A stretch of 57,096 bases of DNA, the filler included, from Circinaria calcarea (Eukaryota): assembly GCA_051942165.1 (NCBI GenBank). It is 6 parts of 6 records of this genome, joined end to end, with 100 filler letters (N's around TTAATTAATTAA, not from the genome) between each part and the next. Parts side by side here need not be neighbours in the genome. Positions count along the whole stretch, not along the records: positions 19,088 to 28,526 come from JAVECS010000935.1; positions 28,627 to 38,050 come from JAVECS010000936.1; 4 more parts are not named here. One strand, written 5' to 3'. Positions within the stretch are counted from its first letter, which is position 1. Every line of letters starts with the position of its first letter. The notes under the pieces were generated by a model. The model saw only the letters and a program-made list of their open reading frames with translations, was not told the origin of the DNA and searched no databases. Shown piece by piece: positions 26,893-36,849 of this stretch. The position numbers were made by a program, and so were the translations under genes.

Positions 26893-28226
26893 TTATCATG
26901 GCATTAGGCCATACTAACTATATAACCTTCGGAAAACGGGGGGACAATACCGCCCGATGCTCAAAGTGCTCAGAAGACTTTAATAGGAAAAATAATTAAA
27001 TATAGAATTGCTCTAAAACGAAAAATAAACAAAAAAAGGTTATTATCGGCCGGGAAATATTTCGATCCGTTATTAAAATTCTTTGAAGATCGCGAAGGCT
27101 AAGGAATTTTGACTGGATATCTGTTTAATTCTTTGTATACGGGTCGCTCCATCCTTTGAAACGAGCCGCAGGTTCCGGGTGTATACAATCTTGATTGTTG
27201 AGGATGGGCTGTTGACGGTGCTAGGAAACCGAAGGGATTCAGGGAGAAGTGGAGATGGGGACGGTAGAAGATGCGATCCTTAAGTATTCCCGTCATTACG
27301 ACTGCTCTGCAAAGGATAAGGGAACAATTGATGCGTAAAGAAAGTAAACAAATGACGCTCTCCTGCATAAAACTTATGCACGTTATATGGTTCGGTGGCC
27401 CTAATGACGTGGGCTCTATTCTCAAGCCACCCAAAGATTTGCCGAGTGATCTTGAAGCGGGCTGATGTATAAGACAGACTTTAGGGTTTGATCGGCCACG
27501 CTTCATATTTCAATAGGGACCAGTATCACGGCATTCCAACTCGTCATGGAAAGACGCTGTACGTGTATACCTTATATGAGATCGAATCTTCTTCCCTTCC
27601 TCCCTGCCTTTTTCTCTTGGCCGTCCCTAAGCCCAAACATTAGTAAGCCGTATACTCTAAATGCGGCGACTGTGATATGCTAGTAGCCGAGAAAGTGGCA
27701 TTGCGTGGATGGTAAATACATCCTCACTCTATCCGCTTCTTATCGTTGAAATCCGCATGCTCTACCTAAGAGGCTGAGCTTTCCAGAAACACAGCCCAAG
27801 ATAGTGTAAAAAGTAGCCACACACCGACTCTTAGCAAAATCCCGTTGGCGGTGGCATATTACATTAGCTCTTGAATAAGGGTTTTTGGCGAGATCTTGAG
27901 CCTTTTACTCTTGAGTTTGAGGGTACATACACCATCAATGGGGGAGCAACCTGGGAAGTGGCCTAGACGTGTGAGAGGGGGACGACGAGTGACCCAACAG
28001 CTCCTTCAGTAGCAGAACCATGAATCCTGCATCAGTCAGCTTTGAATCGAGCTCGGGACGCGGTTCGAATGATCATACTTTTTACACAGTTCACCAACCG
28101 TAAACCTCATCCTCACTGCTTTTTCTCGCCATTATCCCAATAGGTTCCTTGTCCCTTGCCTCATTCTTCAAGCCCCGGAGAATCCTAAAATTTCATCTCC
28201 CTCCTCGCTCTAACGTCTGCCCTTAT

Positions 28227-28526
28227 TTAGAAATCCAGAATCAACTGCGGCGCCAACTTCTCCAGATCCTCGACCTATAATAACACCAACCCACCAGATT
28301 AGCACGACCACTTTCCCCCACATCCCACACCATAGCCATATACCTCTAAAAAGTCCCCTTCCCCTCCCTTGTTGCCTCCACCCTCCTGCCTCTCAAAGGC
28401 CGCCCGCGCAATTGCCTCCCTCACAAACGTCTCCATATATTTCCCTACCAGCGCACTCGCATCCTTGCCGATGCGCGTCTTCTCATCTTCGAAATGGTGG
28501 TGCAGAAGCTTGGTGAGGAGTTTGGG
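28227..28526 (-). CDS. MHF2: CENP-X/Mhf2 histone-fold protein, 3' part; 5' end cut by contig edge
   Basis: Manual translation gives KLLTKLLHHHFEDEKTRIGKDASALVGKYMETFVREAIARAAFER..DFLE, then an intron, then VEDLEKLAPQLILDF*. Confidence 0.88.
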
Positions 28527-28626
28527 NNNNNNNNNNNNNNNNNNNNNNNNNNNNNNNNNNNNNNNNNNNNTTAATTAATTAANNNNNNNNNNNNNNNNNN
28601 NNNNNNNNNNNNNNNNNNNNNNNNNN
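28527..28626. other. Artificial contig linker
   Basis: N-TTAATTAATTAA-N spacer. Confidence 0.97.
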
Positions 28627-28634
28627 TCCCAAAC

Positions 28635-31600
28635 CTAGATATAAAACATCGTATTCTTCAAATTCGGATGAATCAGCACATCCTCTGCCCTCGGCTCCCC
28701 TAATACCCCCTCTCCCACTACACTCTGCGCGGGCGTCGCACTCGGCGTCGCCATATCAAACAGCCCACTCAGATAACACCGCGCCCTCTCGCACACAATA
28801 TCTGCATAATACGCCGGCGGGCAAATACTCACCGCCTTGGTCGCACGTCCGAACAGGTAGCACATACTGTGTGTCAGGTCCTCGAGCGCATCCGCGGCGT
28901 TCTGGTGCGGCGGAGCGACCTTGCGCTTGGTGAAGATCTCGTCCAGCACGATGTAGTAGTGGGCTGGGCGCGCCGTACCCTGGATAGCGGCATGGGCTTG
29001 TATGAAGAAGTCCCAGTTGCGGGGCTCGGTGACGCCGCGATCGACGCAGGTGCCGTTTTTGGGGTTGCCGGAGCGATCGGCATCGGCTTCCTTGGTGGGA
29101 TAGAAGCGCGTGTGGTGGCGCTTGCCGACAATGACGATGGTGAATTTTGGAAGCCCCTTTTTGGTGTCGGCGGCCGGGTATACGTTGGCGCAGGCTTTGC
29201 GAATCAGGGGGAGCTCGGTGTCGATGACGATGTCGTATTGCCCTTCGGAGACACCGTCCCGGTAGATGAGGAGGTTTTCGGGGAGGGAAGCGTGTTTGCC
29301 TAGGGTTTTCCAGAGGCTGAGGCGTGAGGCGATCATGCTATCGAGTTCGGTAACCATTTCCTTGCGGGACTCTTGGATACGCAGGTCGGCGGGCCATTGG
29401 CCGAGCCAGCGGTCGACGCTGGCGACGACAGCAGCGACGCTGGGTGCGTTCGGTGCGGATCCGGGAGATGGGTGCGTCACGTCGATACCGATCACCATGG
29501 TTTTCTCTTCGTTGATGATGCCTAGGTTTGTATTGTGAACCAGTTGATTGATGCCGCCTAGCTTCAGGTTGAATTTGAGAGTGACATTGGCGTTATATTG
29601 GTCGTTTTCCTTCACAAATTTTGAACCTACGACGCATATCGTGTGGGTACCGAGCTTAACATCCCCGATGAATTTGACGCGATTGTACAGTTGCCTATCT
29701 GCCCTTGGCAGAACAACGAGTAGGAGTCCGAAAGGGTTTTTCAGATTAGCTTCAAGTGTTGGGTCGTCGGGACTATTAATCGCGACTTCCTTCCCCCTCA
29801 GCGGAGCGGCAGCTGTTATGCCCACATCTTGCAGTGCTTTGTGGAATTTAGCGATAGTGGATTGTAAGCTAGCCAAATTATATTCGTTTGAGCCGCCCAT
29901 AGAAATGATTAGATACGACCACCGGGGTAAGTTGGCTGCAGAGTTGAGCCTGTATTTTTCCATGTTCCAGCTCCCAAATCTGACATTAGCCTGTACCTCC
30001 TTTTTATACCGGACGGATGGGGCTGGCAGGACGCGTCCCAGGACCGTGATCAAATTCGGAGGAATAGAAATACCGAATCGACTCAAAGTGGCATTATCTT
30101 GTGGCAGAAGACCCACTGTCCTGGGACCGTTCATGGTGATGGAGCTAGCATTGTCCCAAGGCTTACGAACGGCGAATCGGATCATCTGCTGCGTCTGGTT
30201 TGGATCAAGCTTTGAATTTGAGTTCTGTCCAGGCATGACGACACAGACCTCTGCCGGCAGATAGCTCGGATTTTCACGATTTCCAACGTTAACAACGGGT
30301 ATGTTAGGGTTCGCTATCACCCTGTTGTGGACTACCTGCAGTGTAAGCAGATCATAGAGTGAAGAGTTGAGTGGATTGTACAGAAGTACGTACCGGTTTT
30401 GAAGAAATCGTAAACGCTTATGTACCTGCCCTGGGAAGTACTTGAACCTGGTTGAGTCGGTATATTTTCAGATGGCCCCCCTTTCTTGCCTTTACCTTTC
30501 TTACCGCTAGATTTACTTGGTTGACCCGTCGCCGTACCAGACACCGCAGACGAGCTTCCAATAGCTTGGGGAGAGTCACTCAGGAAGAACTCTACTTCTT
30601 TTGCATTTGCACCATGCTTTTGCACCCGCGGTGGATGCTCCAGACCATGGCCATCATTCTTGGTAGCTAGTCCAAATATAGTTTTGACTCTCGGGACGAC
30701 CTGACCAGTTCTGTTTGTCTTCTCTTTCAAATGGGTCGTTCTAACTCGGACTCGTTTGATGAAGGACTCTACCTTAAATAGGTTGAAGTGTTGTTCCCGG
30801 CCGTACTTCTCAATCAACTGGTTCAAAGGAATTGGATCATAGAAGGCTCCGTGACTGACGTTGATGTTCACCAAGATACGGCTGGCCGCGACTCGTACGC
30901 TTGAGAAGAATCCTCTGAAAGCAATGAGACCTGCTCCAAGATCCCCTCTATCGGAGCCTTGACCCAAAGCAAAGGCTTTACTGCTTCCGATGGTGGAAAT
31001 CGCAGTAGAGGACTTTGCGTAGTGACCTACCATTATATTTAGAGCCTGAATAATTGGAAGCTTGTTTGAATAAGCCGCATTCACGTTGGTAGAGGTTAGA
31101 AAACCTGTAAGCTCGGCGACAGTGAGAGTTCCCGTGTCTTCAACGTGTACCGTGTAGCTCAATGCATTATCTCGCGGCTCATCTTCACCTTCGACTCGGT
31201 ATTTAATCACAGTTTTCACCTCGCCACTACTGAGCTTCCGGCGAGAGATCAACGTGGATTTGAAATCGGTAACTATATCATCCCGGAAATCTATATATCC
31301 AGGGGCTTCTAACAGCAGTCTTATAATTTGGGTAAGTTTTCTACCCGTCGCAGCTGGTAACACATTAACGTGGTAGCGGTAGAGCACCAGGTTTGGTGCC
31401 GGTAATAATTCGAAATAATTGGTCCACAGCACAACTTTTTGCCCTCTCGTCCCGTAGCCTGGCCGGCGAGGAAAATTATCAGTAAGCCCTAGGCGAGCGG
31501 CATCCAGCGGGCCGCCAGATGAGAGATTCTTCTGGTACAGATCCTCTATTCTTGTAGCCTCGGCATTAGGAGCGGGAATGATGTGACCTGGAGGTCTTGC

Positions 31601-31792
31601 ATGACAAGTTAGCCACCAAGCTTCTGCTGAGTTACCACAGGACACTGACGAATAAACATGCACAGGGCCTCCACCGCGTCCTCCACCTCGCCCGCCTCGA
31701 AAGGATCCATCGCCACCACGACTACTGCCTCGATCGCTACTACCTCTTCCACGATCGCCGCGACCACGACCACCTCGATCTCGTCCTGACAT
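28635..31792 (-). CDS. qde-2: Argonaute, QDE-2-like (RGG N-terminus, N, PAZ, MID, PIWI); introns ~31596-31649 and ~30332-30393
   Basis: RPGYGTRG..WTNYF, GFFSSVR, YLPAEVC, LKFNLKLGGIN, GIDVTHP, IYRDGVSEGQY, KRHHTRF, GTARPAHY, PPAYYADIVCERAR and C-terminal TMFYI. Acidic slicer-site residues are retained. Confidence 0.95.
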
Positions 31793-32440
31793 TGCACTTG
31801 TTATAAATACTCAAGGGAAAGAGTTTGGAAGAGACAAGGTAGGCTCTATGTTTGGAGTATAATCACCCAAATGCTCTGGAAGCAGTACGCTTCGTGTTTG
31901 TGAGTCTCGGCGGCAGCTGGCGGCGTTTGGCTTCCACGAGCGGGGTAATTCTGTGTAACCGTAATAATCGGCTGGGAGCCGATATTATATCGCAGGAGTC
32001 GTCAATGCTCGCACGACTTCTTGTCATATGCATTCCTTCAGCTACTTCATCGATCGAATAGGAAATAGCTGACCGTAACGGATTGGAGAAGCTGGGGTCC
32101 ATACCTCCAACAGCGCTCCCACTGTGGACTCCTTCCCTTTGTCTTTGAGCCTTCGCTAAGGCCCTCTCCCTCCGTTCTTAAAGGTTTCGCCAAGATGCTG
32201 TGACACCGCAAGCTCCCAAACTGGCTATGCTTCGCACTCACTTTCAAACGGAGTTGAGGGTCCTGTATGCTCTCTATCTACTTGTATTTAATACTTGTTA
32301 GCCGAATGTCGCTAACGAATTGCTCCGCAGGAACTATGACTTACCTTCATGCCGGCTCCCCGGCCGTATGCAACATTTGATGCTGTACATCGCTGGATAA
32401 CGACAAACCACCCTTATTTAAATCTATGATATTTCTTTAA

Positions 32441-33106
32441 ATGGCTCATGCAGTCTTACACGCCCCAAACCCAAGGAACATATACATTATTGGCGCTCAA
32501 TCCAGCGGTAAAACCACTTTGATAGCCGCTCTCAAACTTTATTTCGAAGATAAGTCTGAATTGGCCTCAAGAGCTATGACCGCTCAAAAGCCCTATATAC
32601 TAGGAGAGGTCGCACGGCGAGTTCTGCAGGACCATAACTCCACAGGCAAAGACGTATCCGAATCAAAGTCGCGAGCTCTGGAGTTACAAACCTTGATTTT
32701 GGAAGCGCAATACGAAGCAGAAAACGCCATCAAAGACTCCTGGTTTATTTCCGATCGTTCAGGCGTGGACGCTATCGTCTATGGCAAATGCTACGTTGGT
32801 GAGAGTGGCGTGGAGAAACTTTTGGATACCATAGCATGGAAGCATTTGGAAAAGTCCTTGCGGGACTCTCTGATAATTGTCTGCGAGCCCGTAGATGCAT
32901 GGCTTAAGGAGGACGGACTGAGGTTCATGCCCAAAAGCCGCTCGGCGAGGACTAAGCTGGTTTCCTTCATCCACGAGAGGTTTTGTGATTTCCTTAGTAC
33001 TGCTGGTTTTCAGTATGTAGTGCTTCCAAACAATCTACTTGAATTAGGTAGCAGAGTACATTTCGTTATTGGCGAGTGGGAGAAGTTCGGGGAGAAGCTT
33101 GGATAA
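32441..33106 (+). CDS. AAA_28 (NadR/Ttd14-like) P-loop protein, nucleoside/nucleotide kinase fold; intronless
   Basis: IYIIGAQSSGKTTL Walker A, EVARRVL, ISDRSGVDAIVY (DR motif of the dNK/TMPK-like kinases), EDGLRF. Confidence 0.8.
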   Translation: MAHAVLHAPNPRNIYIIGAQSSGKTTLIAALKLYFEDKSELASRAMTAQKPYILGEVARRVLQDHNSTGKDVSESKSRALELQTLILEAQYEAENAIKDSWFISDRSGVDAIVYGKCYVGESGVEKLLDTIAWKHLEKSLRDSLIIVCEPVDAWLKEDGLRFMPKSRSARTKLVSFIHERFCDFLSTAGFQYVVLPNNLLELGSRVHFVIGEWEKFGEKLG

Positions 33107-33693
33107 TTGAGTTATTTACAAGGAAGCAAATACGGAATCAGAATACACTACATCCTACGGCATCTACTACCAAAGGTCTTGCTAGAAGAACAATTTAATC
33201 AGCAGAGAGTCCATACTATTCTTATGAATGTCCATCAAATGCTAGCAAAAACGAATCAAAGGCCCAAGAATGCTACAGCAGGAGAACGACCGGCTGAGCA
33301 GGGAAAGGAACGATTAGACTCGAGGGTTAGCCTGCTGTACAAAACATCACCTTCGTCGGAGAAATCTTAGAACCAGATTGTCCAAGGGAGTGGGACTACA
33401 CCTGTATTCATGTCGTAAGCTACATATTAAACATAGCCAACGAGTCACTTATAGCTTGATGATCCATAAGCCATTCTAATCGTAACTGGTATACTTGCTC
33501 CAGGACACAAGTTGATACACCCGAAATTAAAGAACGCAAAACTTGAAAACAGCCTTTAAATCGACAAAGCCTCCTAGCCCTTGAAACCCAGTTCCTTCGC
33601 ACTCGGTCTTCTAATCCTTCCAATGCTCATCTCAACCCATGGCGTAGCCGTCCAGCGTCGTGGTATAGTTATTCTCACATCGACCATGCAATG

Positions 33694-34704
33694 TCACCAT
33701 TGCAATTCTTTATTTTCGCCAGTTATATACGCAGCGCTGGCTGAACCCTTGCTCCAGTCATATATTCCACCTCTTCTTACAAAACTGTCTTGGTCCCAGT
33801 AAACTTGGGAGAGCGCTGCAAACACACCAATGTCCAGTATCGATGACGAAGGTTTACGTCCATCCCTATCCAAGAATCGCATATATTCATCTAGAATTAG
33901 ATACGATTTTGCCATAAGATTGTTTGGTTCTGCGATGAAACATGATTGGTGCTGATGTCGAAAGCAGAACCGTTGATACTCGTCATCTGTGATCTGGAAT
34001 TTGCGAACATCGCGAAGAGTCTCATCGGAGTCGTTCTCTCCAGCGACAAGAAGAACTTGAAAGCATTTCCATCGAAATGGCTGAAGTCGCTCCACGATCC
34101 CATTCATATCTTCCATGTGATTGAGGCGACATACGACGGTGTTGAGTTTGAACTTGATCCCGAATTCCTTGCACCAATCTGCTACCTGAAACAGTTTCTT
34201 GACCTGGTCTCCGCTGCCTCGCCCGATCTCGATGTTTGTCTGCTCATAGAAGGAATCACAAGAGACAGCTAAAATGTCGATGTGTTTGCCGTACTGCCTC
34301 AAAAAGCTTTTGTCTACTAGACTGCCATTTGTGACGATTGAAACGGACTCGAGACCTAGTTGTTCCTTGGCAAAGGCGACCATGGTTCCAAGAAGCGGCT
34401 TATACAAGAAAGGTTCGCCGCCTGCGAAGTTGATCTTCCTCATACCGGCCGCTTTGAGCAAGGCCAGACCACGTTTCGAGTTCCCTTCTGATTGTTTGTA
34501 TGATGTCGTCGCCGTATGGAAACAGAATCCACAGCTTTTATTACATTGCCGCGTGAAGTGAAAGTTGACCGATACAGGAACGTCTGACCGGAGCCTAGGA
34601 GAAAACCGACGACGGAGGTATCGACTAGTCAGTATAAGGCCAATCGCGATGACGAGAGTAATGAAGGCAGCTGTACTTCCAAGTAGGTACTCTGCGAGGA
34701 CCAT
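33694..34704 (-). CDS. RSAD2: Viperin (radical SAM ddhNTP synthase); intronless
   Basis: SVNFHFTRQCNKSCGFCFHTA (CxxxCxxC), KINFAGGEPFL, SIVTNGSL, AVSCDSF, FKLNTVV, RWKCFQVL, SYLILDEYMRFL, FVRRGGIYDW. N-terminal hydrophobic helix and C-terminal Trp. Confidence 0.96.
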   Translation of the reverse strand: MVLAEYLLGSTAAFITLVIAIGLILTSRYLRRRFSPRLRSDVPVSVNFHFTRQCNKSCGFCFHTATTSYKQSEGNSKRGLALLKAAGMRKINFAGGEPFLYKPLLGTMVAFAKEQLGLESVSIVTNGSLVDKSFLRQYGKHIDILAVSCDSFYEQTNIEIGRGSGDQVKKLFQVADWCKEFGIKFKLNTVVCRLNHMEDMNGIVERLQPFRWKCFQVLLVAGENDSDETLRDVRKFQITDDEYQRFCFRHQHQSCFIAEPNNLMAKSYLILDEYMRFLDRDGRKPSSSILDIGVFAALSQVYWDQDSFVRRGGIYDWSKGSASAAYITGENKELQW

Positions 34705-34902
34705 GTTGACGTTGCTGTTCTAAGAATATTGCGACGCAAAGAAGATCAACGATAATTAAGGATTTGCAACCTCTCTGCACCACTTATGAGCTTTGATCTC
34801 TCTGCCAAAGCGGGGTATCAAGAGTCAGCGCTTTGTGTAACTTCAAAGAATCTTCCCCTGATCGCTGTTAAGATATCCTCCAGAATCATCTGCTGGGTCG
34901 AG
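34705..34902. promoter_or_regulatory. Probable bidirectional promoter shared by viperin and the NMP kinase
   Basis: Only 198 bp separate the two divergent ATGs (34704 on -, 34903 on +). Confidence 0.6.
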
Positions 34903-35671
34903 ATGGATTGGTCAAGCAGTTCTTACTCCCTTGTCTACGTTCTTGGTAAGTGTCAATAACATACTTCATAAAACCAAACTAAACAAAGCCGTAGGAGCGC
35001 CTGGATCGGGGAAAGGGACCATCTGTCATAAGCTTTCACAGGACTATGACTTTCGCCACCTTTCCGTTGGTGACTACATGAGAGAGTTGAGCCGAGATTC
35101 AACTTCCAACAATCGAGAAATCATAGAGGACCATCTACGGCAAGGAAGACTGCTGCCAACACAAGTCATATTACCAATTCTGCACAAGAAAATAGACGAA
35201 GAGAAAGAAAAAGGTCATCACCACTTTCTGATCGACGGGTTCCCAAGGCAGTTGGCGCAAGGTGTTGAGTTCGAGAAGCAGGTTACATTTTCCTACAATG
35301 TATACCAACTCAAAAGCTAATGACTCAATAGATTGGAAGTCCCACACTTGTCATCCTCTTCCAATGTCCCAAAGACATAGCTCAGCAGCGCTACTTAAGT
35401 CGTAGGTTACCAGACAGACTTCTTGATAACGAGGAGATGTTCAAAAAACGATTTGAGGAATTCGATAAAGAGAACTCAAATATTGTGGATTATTACCGAT
35501 CAGCAGGAACGTTAGAAGAGGTTGCAAGCGTTCCTACCACTTATCAAATCGTTTCCATTCTAACAAGCTTAGATCGATTCAAGCAGTGAAACAGAGGTAA
35601 CCTATACAAGATTGCTTGCAACCATAGGAAGAAAATACGAATGGAAAAGTAGAACCAGTCATAGCATCTGA
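34903..35671 (+). CDS. UMP/CMP kinase (adenylate kinase family); exons 34903-34945, 34995-35281, 35332-35520, 35573-35671
   Basis: Spliced product MDWSSSSYSLVYVLGAPGSGKGT..HLSVGDYMRE..FLIDGFPRQLAQ..DNEEMFKKRFEEF..IDSS. Short LID as in UMP/CMP kinases. All three GT..AG introns keep frame. Confidence 0.88.
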
Positions 35672-36027
35672 CCTTATTCTATTGTTAGAAAACTCGTCAT
35701 TCCCAAAGGCTTGTGGGAAATGCTAGATGTTAGAATAGGATCGTAGCAAAGGTTGAAATAGAATTGGATTTTAAAATTCCACGATATCATGTAAACCTAT
35801 GGGTCCTAGCTTGATCACGTGCTAGTCTGCTGCCTTGCCGAAAGCAAGGAGCCATGGGACAATGGTCGGTTTCTCGCGTTTTTCAATCACACTGCAGTGA
35901 CACTTTCCTCAGGCGCGCGAAGCTTCCTTATGCTACACATCACAGAGACATTACATAGCGGTATGTTGAAGCACCACTTGATGACTCCACTAGCATTCAC
36001 TACTGATTCCTACTCGAACCCATTCAG

Positions 36028-36693
36028 ATGAGACCCACAGCCAAACCCCTTTTCCGTCGATTGGTTATTGAAGTTGAGCGGAAGTTCAGGTGTGAACCTG
36101 GATCTATGGATCGCCTTGATGCAAACCAGGGACTGCCTGCCTTTCGAGTCTTGAAATATCTGGGGCGAAGTAGTTTCAAGGACACATACTACGATCGTGA
36201 TGAGACCCTGTCTTCAAATGGAGTATGGGTACGGAAACGTAGCGGACGATGGCAGGCCAAAGTCCGCGAAGGGGGTGATTACGCAAACTCGCAATTCGGA
36301 GAGCTGTCAGAACCGAAGGAGATAGCTCAGATGATCCGGAAATATAATCTTGACGCTTACCCTCCATCAGATGACTTTGGTTTAGAGAAAACCGCACAAT
36401 ATACTACTATCAGGGACGCATGGAAAGCGGATGATAGATTCGAAATCGTCCTTGATACTACCGATTTCGGTCATTCTGTTGGTGAGGTGGAATTACAGCA
36501 AGTAATAGAAACAAACAGTGATGGGGGGCCTCCGATAGCCGTGAGGCAAGATACGGCAAAAGAGATGGATCGCCAAATCGAGGCTTTCATGCAACACTAT
36601 TCATGGGCCTTCCCAACTGGAAAACCTGTGGGGAAACTGTCGGCATATTTTACTTGGAAAAGAGGATCACATTGTCCAAGTTCGCACGGCTGA
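36028..36693 (+). CDS. CYTH / triphosphate tunnel metalloenzyme, thiamine-triphosphatase-like
   Basis: IEVERKF (ExExK), DTYYD, WVRKRSGRWQAK, VLDTTDFGHSVGEVEL, GKLSAYF. Confidence 0.88.
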   Translation: MRPTAKPLFRRLVIEVERKFRCEPGSMDRLDANQGLPAFRVLKYLGRSSFKDTYYDRDETLSSNGVWVRKRSGRWQAKVREGGDYANSQFGELSEPKEIAQMIRKYNLDAYPPSDDFGLEKTAQYTTIRDAWKADDRFEIVLDTTDFGHSVGEVELQQVIETNSDGGPPIAVRQDTAKEMDRQIEAFMQHYSWAFPTGKPVGKLSAYFTWKRGSHCPSSHG

Positions 36694-36849
36694 TTTGCCG
36701 ATGGATCTCAATACCATCCATATGCGAGTCACTATGGTTCGGCAGAGAAGAGACCGACATTAGCGTAAGGGAAAGTGGAGGGGGCGGGGAAAAGAAAGAA
36801 GGGGATACTCATGGCGGTGATAACAGTGTTTTCCATATACGGTTAAGGA

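Noticed and set aside
28020..28075. GGTTCGAAT resembling a tRNA T-loop
   Set aside because: Flanks do not form T-stem or acceptor-stem pairing.
28869..30264. Plus-strand ORFs of 90-238 aa overlapping Argonaute
   Set aside because: Antisense shadows of a GC-rich coding region with no recognisable motifs.
26662..31792. RNase-like relic and CENP-X apparently adjacent to the Argonaute/viperin cluster
   Set aside because: They are separated from the cluster by a contig linker at 28527-28626, so adjacency is artificial.
35819..36027. Possible upstream coding exon for the CYTH gene
   Set aside because: Splicing at GTATGT..CAG does not join an open upstream frame to the CYTH frame, so the ATG at 36028 was kept.
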